A DNA stretch of 64,000 bases. It comes from Spirogloea muscicola (Eukaryota). Below the pieces are notes generated by a model that was not told the origin of the DNA, made no database searches, and saw only the letters and a program-made list of their open reading frames with translations. Positions 1-12,200 of the stretch are shown here, piece by piece (the stretch's first letter is position 1; every line of letters starts with the position of its first letter). A program made the translations under genes and the position numbers. Location: NCBI GenBank assembly GCA_009602725.1, contig WELB01000013.1, forward strand, positions 353,855 to 417,854. Reading direction: 5' to 3'.

Positions 1-92
1 GCGGCGAGCAGCTGCCGCTGCGGCGTGGCCGGTGGCCGAGCTCGGGCGCTCGGGAAGCCGTCGCCGGAGCTCCCGGGCGGCGCCTCGTGGCC

Positions 93-3000
93 ATGGCCCA
101 GCGGGATGGGCCCCGCGGCGGCTCCGTCGCGGCGCCGACGGCGGACGAGGACAAGGGAGCGGCGCTGGACCGCACGGCCGAGCTGCTCGAGTGCTTCTGC
201 GCGGTCGCCGCCATCGACGCTGCCTGGTGCACGCCCAGCCAGGGTGAGAGCTCACTCGTGTTGGCCTAGTGGACCTTCCTCCCGCTTCATTGTCCGCGTC
301 TGATGCCAGTGGGGGGTCCTCAAGCACTTCTTACATGTCAAAGGTTGAGCAAGTCGCTTGCACCAACATCGACCCCTAAGCGAAGTCGGAAGTGACGTTT
401 AGACGATAAGACGCGATAAGAGGCAACAGCTGCACGCCCTACCAGCACTGATTGATGAGAGCTGACTTGCCTGCGTGCAATCTGCGCTCCTTGGCAGAGC
501 TGCAATAGGCCAACATATCAGAATAGAAGCCGCACTTGCTCCAGCTTATGTTGAACACAATACTAGAGCCGCTATACTCCTTCTTCAAACTGTAGGTGAC
601 GACTCTGCCGGCGAGCTGGATGTGCTGGTTTTTGCAAGCCAGCGCAACCTGGCGGCCAACACCGTGAGGCGACACATCTCCTTCGTGCAGCTGTCCCTGC
701 CCGGCGGCACGCACCGGTGGTCGCCTTTCCCATTCGAGCTCAGCCCCCACGCTGCAGCCTGCCCGTCCCCCTCGGGCAGCCGCCTCTTCATAGCCAAGAA
801 CGGCGATGGCTCTGGCAAGGAGGGGCCTGCCGCCGTGAAGCTTGAGTTGTGGGGAGGCGGCCGCCTGCTGAAGGAGATACATGTCCCTCCAGCAGTGCAT
901 GGAGCTGTCTATAATGACAAGTGGTGAGTTGCATTCCTGCCCATTCGTGCAAGCAGCATTGATGCGCTCAGCCATGTAGACTTGGGCCAGAGAGAGGGAG
1001 TAAGAATCAGAGAAGGCTCATGCATGACGACGTCCCATACGAGGAAGGTTGCGGACGGTGATCTGTAAGTGCAAGCGGAAGCCCGGTTGGATGGTCATTG
1101 TATACCACCTCAAATGTTCCTGTTCTAGAAGGATAGTCAACTCCGTCCGTGTGTGTGGGCGTGCAGGTTTGAGGGCATGTCCTGGAATGAAGAGGAGTCG
1201 CAGGTTGCATACATTGCTGAGGAGCCAACACCAAGCAAGCCGGTTTTTGGGAGGTACAGTGTGGCGGTTGGCAAGAAGAAGCTGGGCCATGATGACTCAG
1301 AGCAGCCCAAGGAGGACGAGAGTGCCGGAAGCGAGGCTGGGTCGTGGAAGGGCCGTGGCGAGTGGAAGGAGGACTGGGGCGAGCGATACACAGGAAAAGC
1401 AAGGCCTGTCGTCTTCGTGCTTGACATTCCCAGGTCTTGCACGTTATTCTGCTCTCTGGTACTTATTATAGTCATTGTGGAGGAGTAGTCAGTGATTCAG
1501 ACTGTCAGTATGGACTAGAAATCAAAGGCTAGTATGTTGGACCAAGCATTGGCAGTTTCTGTGTGCAGACCCGTAACACTTGTAGGGGCTAGTATCCCTG
1601 TCCGAATCACAAAAGGGTAAGATCTGCACACTTATCAGGAGGCACTGCGCTGCCTACATTTGACCAGTAACTTGGCTTGGTTGTCTGGCAGCGGTCAAGT
1701 AGAGGCCATGAGGGGGCTCCCAGAGGACCTCAGCGCTGGCCAGGTGGTCTGGGCGCCCTATGTAGCCTCTGCTGGAAAACCGCAGACCCTGGTATTTGTC
1801 GGCTGGCCGTCAGCTGCCTCCAATTTTCAGACGCCCAAGAAGCTCGGCATGGTCTACTGCTACAACCGCCCCTGCTACCTCTATACCGCCTCCGCACCTA
1901 CTTTCTCCTCCATGTATGTTGGGAGCTTAAGGTCCAGGATTTTGGGGCTTAGCGTCAGCAAAGTGCGATGCAGCGTTCCAACTCTGAAAGCTATCCTTGG
2001 ACACAAGCGTAAATACAGCCTGCCATCTGCTGTACTCACTAGATCAGATGGTGTTGCTCAAGGAAGGTCGTGAACACAGGCCTAGTATTGGAAAAGCTTC
2101 AGCGCAGCGCTGAAGCTTTTCTCTGCAATGACGTATATGTGGTGCCCCTGTGGGCCTATCCCTGTGCTTGCCCTGTGCCAGCAGGAACTCCTCCGGTGAG
2201 CAAGCAGAAACAAACATTGCGAAGCTCACAAGCAAGATCAGTTCTGCCTACTACCCTTGCTTCAGGTACCTCTGATTGCACACTGCTCAACCTGCACATC
2301 ATGTGCGCAAACATGTTTGCTTTCTCACTTATGAGAATCGATCACATCAACTCCCTGATCAAATTAATTGGCGCATGCGGCAACACCCACAAGAGCTGTG
2401 CACCCTGATGCCTTCTTAGTGTTTGTGGGGCAGCCCAGATGGTCGCCAGCTTGTCTTCTTGTCCGCCAATGCCGCTGTTGACAGCGGGGCTCACGCTGCA
2501 ACAAACTCGCTGCACTCCTTGGAGTGGCCTGTTGGTGGCAGCCCTGAGCTCTCGTCAATCAGGACCATTGTGAGCGGCATTTGGAGCTTTGTACTTCTGC
2601 CTTCATGCGTAATCGGTCAATGAACTATGCATGCGTATCTGAAGCGCATGCATGCGTATCTATCAATCATAAAGTAGCATGCTAATTGACATGTATATCA
2701 AATAATTTCAAGAATTGCAGCCTGACAAGCCTGACAATTCTCTTGTCAAGCTGCAGGTGAATGTGGTGCAATGCCCTGAGACAGAGGATGCTTTCCCTGG
2801 GCTCTATGCTACTAACCTGCTAGCTCGGCCTTGGATTACCAATGGTTCTTCGCTGGTGGTGGGCACAGCGTGGAGAAGTACCCTTGCAATTGTAGAGGTT
2901 GATGTAGCAAGGTATGATGGCATGTAAGCCCTCCAAGATGCTCTGCATGGACATGCCTTTTCATTCGGCGGCATTGGACCTTGTCCAGGTCCACACTGTA

Positions 3001-5450
3001 GGGAAATATGCACACTGCAGGAATGTGGCCAGCCAATCTGTCATCGTGATCCTTGAGATCCTTGCTTCTTGATGTTCTTCCGCATCAACATTGTAAGAGG
3101 TTGATGCAAGCACCTTTCACAGAGTCTGCATGATATGGCCCATGCGCAGTGGTTCATTGGAAAGGATCAGCCCTGCAGGGTCAGAGGCTTGGAGTCTGCT
3201 TGCGGCGCATGGGGATGTGCTCATTGCTGGTAGCAACCCATCCTGATATTGAATGTTGCTATATGCAGCAATTTACAGTGCATGCACACCAAGCTGATCA
3301 TGACAAGATCGAGCACAATCAAAGGAACTTACTTGCAAGCTGTTGTTTAAGCGCAGCTGTTAGCACGCCGATCAGCCCTGCCAAGCTGATGCTGGGCATC
3401 AAGGAAGAAGGAAAATGGAGTTGGTCACACTTACCTAAGCCCTCTGTTGAATATGCTACTCAGGTGCACACACGTGTTCTCTTCATGAAATGGTTGGTAC
3501 ATCTTCTATGAAGCTATGATTATAGCTACAGCAAACTCTGAGTCTGAATCCACAACCTTGCTGACAACTGTTTCTGCCCTGCAAGCCTGCAGGTGGAAAA
3601 CATAATGCAGGAAGCAAGCTTTGAGATACTGAAGATCGAGGTCCCAAGGACAGAGCAAGGAAGGAATCTGTCACAAGGTCCACAAGACTTCCACAGTCCA
3701 TACCATTACCTTGCTGGGCAGGAGGCATAGCCTAGGAATTTATAGTGAGTATGGGATCATGCTGAAGCCTGCCTTTTGGTGACTGCCAGGAGGCAGCCTT
3801 CCTTTCGAGGCCATACTTGTCAGGGGCCAGCCAGAGCCAGCACCCCTGCTGGTGGTCCCTCACGGTGGGCCACATGGCGTTACCACTACGAGCTTTGTGA
3901 TGTCCTATTTATTCCTTGCCTCCTTAGGCTACCACGTCGTTCACGTGAATTACAGGTTTGCCCTCCTGCCAGCAGCTTCCTGCACAGCGATGTTGCCTAT
4001 CAGCATTGCTGTGTCAAGCATGCTCTTTTGGCTAAGCTGGTAGGTGGTGTTCTGCAGGGGTTCCACTGGCTTTGGGGAGGAGGCTCTTCAGTCATTGCCA
4101 GGTCATGTCGGCAAGCAGGTAGTGTGGATCCCAGCTTTGTCCCTGCAGCAACCTGCTTCCAAATTTGCAGCAAGCTTGCCAGGCACATCATGCGCCATGT
4201 GGTGAGCATGCAGGATGTGGCAGACATCCTATCAGCCCTCGCAATAGTCAAGGAATATGTCAAGGACGACCGAGTGGCTGTTGTGGGTGGCTCACATGGG
4301 GGCTTTCTGGCCGCACACTTAATCAGTCAGGTATGAGCACACTGATAAGTAGACTCAAGATAGCACGACTACCTGAAAGGCTTCTTCTTTACATTTTCGG
4401 CCACCTAGTAATTTCCTGCCTTAATCGTCATACGATGCTCACATCCGTAATCTCATGGGTGTGTATCATTTTGCTGGCATCAGGCACCTCGCTCTTTCAA
4501 GACGGCTGTTCTGCGCAACCCTGTGTGCAATCTTGCTTCCATGATGGGCGTCACCGACATTGCTGACTGGTGCTTCACAGAGACCTTCGGTGGCGTTACT
4601 GGTCTCTCAGCCTACACAGAAGCACCAGGATCCGATGTTTTGAAGGCCTTCCACGATGCCTCTCCCATCGCTTTGGTGGACAAGGTACACTTGACATTGC
4701 AGATATTCAACAAGTACTTGCTTCTTGTGAAGGCAATCGGAGTCTGACCTTGAGGAATTCCTGATGGTCCTTTTTTCTTTCGAATTGGACAGATTGAAGT
4801 TCCAACACTTTTCCTCTTGGGTGCGCAAGATCGACGAGTGCCTTACTTCAATGGCCTGCAAGTATGAGCTGCATGCGGCAGTCTGCTTGCTGCAGACTAT
4901 GCTTCTCACATGTCCTCGGAAGCTGACAGCATTGCATGGAAGTACAGATACGCCTTCTTAGAAGCACTTCCCAGTAGGTTTCTATCACAAAGTTACGCTG
5001 CATGTGCAGATCATCTAAGACACTTCTCTTGTATCGAAGTTTGTGCATGCTCTTCGAGCTAGAAATCTGGAGGCGAAAGTGCTGATCTTTCCGGAGGACA
5101 ATCACGCCATTGACAAGTCAGTCTTCTTTCCTGGAACATTCCCAAGCGCATCTTGTAGGACCAGGAACAAGTACCTGCATGCAGTCCTGCGGCAGTGTGC
5201 TATTCGGCCTGCATTGCACTTGCTGGTCAAATCTGCGGTCTCGCTTGGCAGCCTAAGCTACGCATGCACCTGCTTGAGGTACCATGTAGTGTTGATGACA
5301 TCTTGGAGAAATGGCTGATGCTCATGCACCACCATGAGCTCTGAAACGATTAGATAGCTCATTACTTTCAATATGCATTGCTACTGCAGGCCGCAGAGCG
5401 AGTTCGAGCACTGGGTCAACGTGGCTGTCTGGCTGAAAGAACACCTATGA
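93..5450 (+). CDS. AARE: Acylamino-acid-releasing enzyme (peptidase S9C), multi-exon
   Basis: Exons give HGAVYND, VPHGGPH, VNYR|GSTGFGE, nucleophile GGSHGG (~4285-4302), RNPVCN, QDRRVP (Asp), FPEDNH (His). Last exon ends WLKEHL-TGA at 5448-5450. Confidence 0.93.
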
Positions 5451-6279
5451 GAGGCACAGGGGCATTTGTAGAGTCTGTCTCACATATCACAAATGCACAG
5501 ACTTCTACTATTGGCGCTGCATTACCGCTCCACATCTGGCAATCCCTTTGATGATGACGCGCCTATGCGCCCCTCGTAGCAGGTGCTCCTTTCGCCGCGT
5601 CCATCGTCGGCGTCAGATTGTTGCAGTAGCTCTGTGGCAGAGACCCCAGGGCAGATCCCCCGCAGCAGGCACGCACTGCTCGTCATCAGTGAGCGGATGC
5701 TGGCTGAGCGCCCAAGCGCTTTCGATACCTTAGGTACCTCAGTTTTCCTAGTCCTTGGACAATCCAGCAGGAGCATGAATGCGTTTGCTGGCGCAGACCT
5801 TTCATCGTCACTATAACAATGATCAGCAATATCATACACGTGACGTCCCGTTGTGGCAGCGATCGAGGCCTGGCCTCAGCAGTCGAAGTGCGCATGCGCG
5901 GCCGCCGCCGCCGCCGCTGCCGTGGAGCAAGCCGCCATGCACGCGGGCCGCGCCATGCATGGCGGTGTGATTTTGACCTTGAGCTTGACCGTGTTCCCGG
6001 GCCGCCCTCCCTCCTCCCCCCTCTTCCCTCGCCCCGCTCTCCTCCTTGAACGGCCCCCCTCTTCCACACTTGTATCCGTCCACAGCTCCTCGTCTCCGCT
6101 TTCCATCTACCAATCACTCAAAACATGGATTCTTTCCTCGCCGATCTCCGCAGCCGCATTCGCCTCCGCAGCTCAGCAGGAGCCATCGCGGCAGCCTGCG
6201 CCGCCGCCGCCGCCGCCGTCGCGGTCAGGCTCAAGAGGAGGCCTGTGCATGACCAGCTGCGCCTGCCGCAGCCGCCGCC

Positions 6280-9200
6280 ATGGGGCTCGGCCAGGAGGAG
6301 CAGCCGCCGCCGAGCTCCACGCTGCGCTTCGTGCTCAACGGGCGCTGCGTGGAGGTGGCCAGCCCGGACCCCGCGGCGACGCTCGCCGAGTACATCCGCG
6401 ACGTCGCGCACCTCAAGGGCACCAAGGTGTCCTGCGCCCAGGGCGGCTGCGGCGCCTGCACCGTCGCCATCGCCCCAGCTTCCGGCGGCCGCACGCTCGC
6501 CGTCAACTCGTGCCTGCGGCCCCTCTGCTCCATGGAGGGCCTCGCTGTCACGACCGTGGAGGGCGTCGGCAGCCAGGCGTCTGGCCTCAGCGACGTGCAG
6601 AAGCGGCTGGTCCAGCACAACGGCACGCAATGCGGCTTCTGCACCCCTGGATTTGTACGCACGTCCTCCTGAAGTTGGTCCTAGGAGGGTAGCAAGTCAG
6701 GCTTACAGTATCCGCTTTGGAAGTGCTCCGACAATTGACCTCAACTGTTGTTGTTTTGATATCAGCAAGACACCGCTGCCCTCCACAGCTCAAAGCATAC
6801 ACGGGAATCTGCAACTTGATCTGGTGGTTGTCGAGGTCTACTGTCGCAAGCAATCTGCATTTGCCTCACTTACGTCTGCCACACATACCGAGGTAGCCTT
6901 TTCCGGTACAAGTGACTTCCCTCAGCTTGTGCTACTTGGCTGCAGGTCATGAGCATGCACAGCCTCCTCAAGGAGACCCCAGAGCCATCTAAGCAGAGGA
7001 TCGAGGACCAGCTGGACGGCAATATCTGCCGGTACAAAGCTGTAATGCAGACACATTGGCTTCAAGAGTTGCTTTGATGCAAATGTGCAAGTGAGCATAA
7101 GGAGCTTTGTGACAGGTCACCGCAGGCAGGCAGCTGAGCAAGAAGTGATTCCAGCAGGTCGTTGCGTCGACGACCAATGCTCTGGCTGACATTGTGCTGC
7201 AGATGCACAGGATATCGTCCCATCTTGGAGGCCTTCCAGTCGTTTGCAGCCGAAGACGGGTGCGCACCCTCCAGCTGCTCCCGCCTGTCACAGCTGGACA
7301 TGGAGGATGTAGCAAGCTGCCGTTTGCTGGAAGCACAACCCAAGCCGTTCCGCTCCTACGGTGGAGGCGTCGAGTGGGTCAGGGCCTGCAGGCTGAGCGA
7401 CCTACAGTCACTGCTGCAAAAGCACACCGGGAATATCAGAATGGTCTGCGGGAGTACGTCCACTGGCATCTACCCCCCTCCACTCAAGCGATTCCTGGTC
7501 GACATTGCCAGCATTCCGGAGTTGAGGGTGATTGAGGTTGACAGAGATGGCTTGAAAATAGGTGGAGCTGTGTCGATTGCTGATCTCAAGCTCACTCTGG
7601 AGGAAAATGCAAGCCTCTCACGCAATTATGCTCCGCTGGCCTCGCACATTGGCAAGGTTAGCATTTTATGACCCCGGTTGTGCCTACATTGAATTTGAAG
7701 GTTTTTATGATGACTTGAAGCTCCTGTATTCTGATTTTCTGTTCAAATCAGGACAGATCGGCAGCAGTAGTAAGAGCCTTTGCAAGCCTTGGCTGCCACT
7801 CTTGATACTTGATGCTCCTTATCCATGTGAAGCAATTCTTCCTGCTCTGCTCAGAGAAGACCAGCTCGTATGCAACAAAGGCATGCGGTTGATGTAAGCA
7901 CACATTGTGCAGGTTGCACATCCCCTGGTGAGGAACGTTGGGTCGGTGTCCGGGAATCTTGTACTGGCTCACATGTATGCGTCCTTCATCTCCGACATGG
8001 CCACCATTCTCATGGGGGCCAATGCAAGTCTTCACGTCGCCTGGGCGAAAGCTGGAAGGGAGGATATCATCAAGCTGGATACCTTCTATTCTCTTTCGTC
8101 GTTGGATGGGCTTGTTATCCTCGCCTTGCACCTCCCGGTCCTGCCCTCATCCTCCGTGACGTTCACTCAACGAATAAGTCAGCGAAGAGTGCATGCCCAT
8201 GCCATTCTTGTCGCATCCTTCGTCTTCGACTTGGACAAGGACCTCTATGGTATGCAGCTTTCAGTAAGGAGCTGACATGAGCACTCCAGATATTTGAAAT
8301 ACATTTTGCAGACTTTAGGCACAATTGTACAAGGCAATACTAATTTGTTGAGTTAAAGGAGAAGTTTCTCACAATCATGAGCAGCCTGCTTTGGTGATCC
8401 TTTAGATGCTGTAGAATGCTGTTGTTGATGAGGTCCTCAATGCCTTGACAATCTTGACTAGGGAGATGCAAGTTGCTTTCAGCAGGCATACTCACAAAGT
8501 GCCGCTTGTCCACAGCCCAAAAGACGCCCTGCATAGTTTATGGAGGTGTTCAGAGAGGGCCACAGCATGCGACCAAGACTGAAGCGTATCTTCATGGCAA
8601 GTGTCTACTTAATACCCAGGTACTAGAAGCTTCTCACCTTTACTGCACCACGCCTGAAAGTGATCGAGTATTGTCTCTCCATTTACCATCTGGCTGTAGA
8701 ATACGTGTCAAACGATAGTCGGACTATTGTCTTTGTGCCTCTTACTTAGCCATGATGATCATTGAGATCATTGTCCAAACACGTATATATGCAAGCTGGT
8801 CACCTGCCAGGTGATCGGTAAGGCTATGGATATTCTGACAGGGGAGATGGCTGGTGACATGACCTTCAAGAAAACGGAGTATAGAGAGAGACTAATTCAA
8901 GCCTTCTTCTTCAAGGCCGTTCTCAATTGTCTGCCGCCCAAGAAGATTCCGCAAAGCCTGGTATCAGCCGCTACAGAGGTGAGATCAAGTCCAGCAACTT
9001 ACAGCAGTCTTTTAGAATAGGTACCTCTCTGTGCTCTGACAGGTTTCTTGCATGGGAGCTGGCTTCACATACTTCACGAACCTTAGTCTCTCCTGCAATG
9101 CCCTCTCATTAAGCTCTTCCCATTTCTTTTCATAGTTTACCTTTCTCTTCCTGAGAGAGGTAGAATCTTGGTCACTTCTGCCATGCCCTCCCAATTAGCT

Positions 9201-12200
9201 CTTCCCCTTTCTTTTCATAGTATGCCTCTCCTTTCCTGGTCTGATGGCAGAATCATGTGTTGTAGGATTCCATTCCACCCTGCTCAATTTCCTTGCAAGT
9301 CTAGATGTTCAAGCCCAAGCTTCTGCAAGCAAATATGATATACAATTCTGAGTGGAGCAAACCTCTGTATTTCCCTTGCAGTATGAATGCCCAGTATCCA
9401 GCGGGACTGTTGACTTTGACACGGTAAGAAGATGGTTAAGTTGCCAGTTATTTTATCACACCACCATTGTGCACCTTTACAGCCTCCATAGAGCCGAATC
9501 TCACGTACTTCACTTATCAGCACACTCATTGTCCACTGTCTGTTATGTTTTGAAAAGTGCAGGACGAAGCTGAATACCCTGTCTCAAAGCCCATTTCAAA
9601 GCTCTCAGCTGCCATCCAGGTAAACATCAAGGCAAAGGACCTCTTAACACCGTTGACCTCCAAGCAGCAGCTCATTCGGCTCTTCTTGCTTATTGATGTG
9701 TTTGTCATGAGGCTGAGCCAGCTTATCAGTTGTTGGATCATTTTGTAGACCACAGGGGAGAGTATCTACACAGATGACACACACTTTGCTCATGAGCTTT
9801 ACGGCGCATACGTCCTTACCACAGAGGGCAATGCAGCAATTGCTGGCATAGATGCATCTGCGGCATTGGCCTTGGAGGGAGTCGTTTCATTTTTCTCATC
9901 GGAGACCTTAGCCGAAGATGGCTATTGCAATCAATTAAGGTCAACTTCTTGTTCATTGGCAAGTTGCCTCATCAGGACTTGTAAGGACTTCAAGCCAGTG
10001 GTTGCGAGAGAAGTAGATCACAGAATATCTCTCTAGGTGCACAATTGCGCATATAGGTCCTACCAATGAGGGGCCAAGCTGTGCAGCAAGGAGGTAGCTC
10101 AGTGTGGACGTGGCTGACCACGTCCTTTTGACCTTCAGTGATTACGAGGAGCTCTTTGCAACCAAGAGGTCGCAGTACTGTGGCCAGGTCGCCGGCCTGG
10201 TTGTGGCCAAGACACTGGTACTGCAATAGCTCTTCATTGTATCGGACTTGAGGTGGCAATCTCTGTCTGCATTGGCTGCTCTTCACAAGTCCTGTCTACA
10301 ATGTTCCCAGCTACAAGCTATGGTATCAAGAACCAGTCTGAATCAGCTCTGCAGTGTACAGAGCCACAATGTGCTTGAGCTTCTCAAGCTGAGCACTGTG
10401 ATTTGCGTGCTTCTCCTAACCTCCTCTGCTGCTTACAGAGACGTGCCAGGAAAGCCGTGGAACTTGTGAAGATTGAGTATGCAGACATAAGTACGCCACT
10501 ACTGTCAATTGAGGATGCCATTATGGCGAATTCATTCTTCAATGACAGCCGAAAAGTGGTGAAACAAGGTTGCTAAGCAGACGCAAGTGATAAATATAAC
10601 TCAAGCAGCTGCCAAAAGTGATCTCCCGTAGTAGAATCCCGTATCTAGGGCATGTCAGACCACTGCATAGAGAGAATATTGAGGTTGATCATGACATAAG
10701 CTGTCACCTTCGGGATAGTTTGCACATTCTTAGCATTTGAAGGTGGACATCTTGAAACGACAAGTGGAAGTAAAGTTCCTGCCTAATGTCAACTTGCAGG
10801 CTCTGTGAAGGCTGGCATGTCTGAGGCTGACACTGTTGTAGAGGGGGAGGTAAGCTGTTCCTGGCATACAATGCACCTACTATGCCAGCAGACCTAAAAT
10901 GTATTCTTTGTTGTGCTTTTGCTGGCTTTCAGAGTATGTACTGATTCTCTTTGTTTGGCACTTGCAGGTATGTGTTGGCCATTGCAAGCACTTCCACCTG
11001 GAGCTACAGAAGGCAGTAGCTGTCCCCACGGAGAATGATGGCATCACTATATATGCAAGCAGCCAACACCCATCTCAGGTCACAAGCCGGAGCCCTACTG
11101 ATACCTTACTCTTCCAGTAACTGGCATGAGCAAGCTGTCTACCAATTTCGCTGCTCATATCTCAGCTTGTGCACGTACAGTTGCAATATTGCGCTGCCGC
11201 AGCTACAAGATTACCTCATCACAAAGTGCGAGTGAGTAATTCAATTCCAGCTTGATGGTATGTACAACAATTGAGAAGGCATGTCAGACTTGATTAGCTG
11301 CGCAAAGTTGCGGAAGTTGCAAGACTTAGCCGTTCATTATGCTGCAATTCCTAGAAGTGGGATGTCATATTCGTGTTGGCTTGACTGCCACTGATACTTG
11401 CGTACAGGGGTGACATACAGCAATTACCTGCACAACATGTTTCAGATGGCCACTCATGAATGAGATATCATATCACATCACTTCTGCATTCTCCAGGTTA
11501 TTGTCAACCGTGTAGGTGGTGCATATGGTGCCAAGATAAATAGGTCAACACCCATTGGTGCAGCAGCTGCAATTGCAGCTCATAAACTGCGGAAGCCCGT
11601 GAGGCTTTCCCTTGATCTATCTACAAACATGCAGGCAAATTAACTGGCCTTACATGCTCTTGCATTAATTACCTGGACATCACACCTTTCATCACCTGCT
11701 TTGCTACCATGTGTATTCTGTATAATCTGAACAGCACTTGCCATCAGTAACCAAGACGAATTTTTGGAGCTCACCAAGTATGCTGGTATATCTCAAGTCG
11801 TGTCCAGTCAATTCATATCAGCTGACTCTTGATTTCTAATTCCTAGCCGATACCCTTTGCTTAACCAGGCAGTAGGTGGTCGAAGCCCTTACATGATCAA
11901 GTACAAGGTGGGGCTGAGGAGGAGCGGCAAGCTTGCAGCAATAACGTTGAGTGCATACAACAACCACGTGAGTGTAAAGTTCGAAAACTAGGTGCTGCAG
12001 ATGGCCATTGCTTGTTGACAGGTGCTTTGCAGGACTTGACCTGCACCATTATGCTTCCCTCAATCAAGATGTGTACCTCTCACCACCCTGCTACTCTTGC
12101 CATCCTACTCGTAAGGGAAAATTATAATGGCACCTCAGAAACAGACCGGGTTGGCTGGGACAGGGTGCACATAGAGATCTGGATGGCTACCCAGATATGG

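Noticed and set aside
5853..6952. Long overlapping Ala/Arg/Pro-rich ORFs at gene 5' ends, also near 37.5, 40.5, 48.7 and 56.7 kb
   Set aside because: They are by-products of GC-rich first exons and (GCC)n repeats that lack stop codons.
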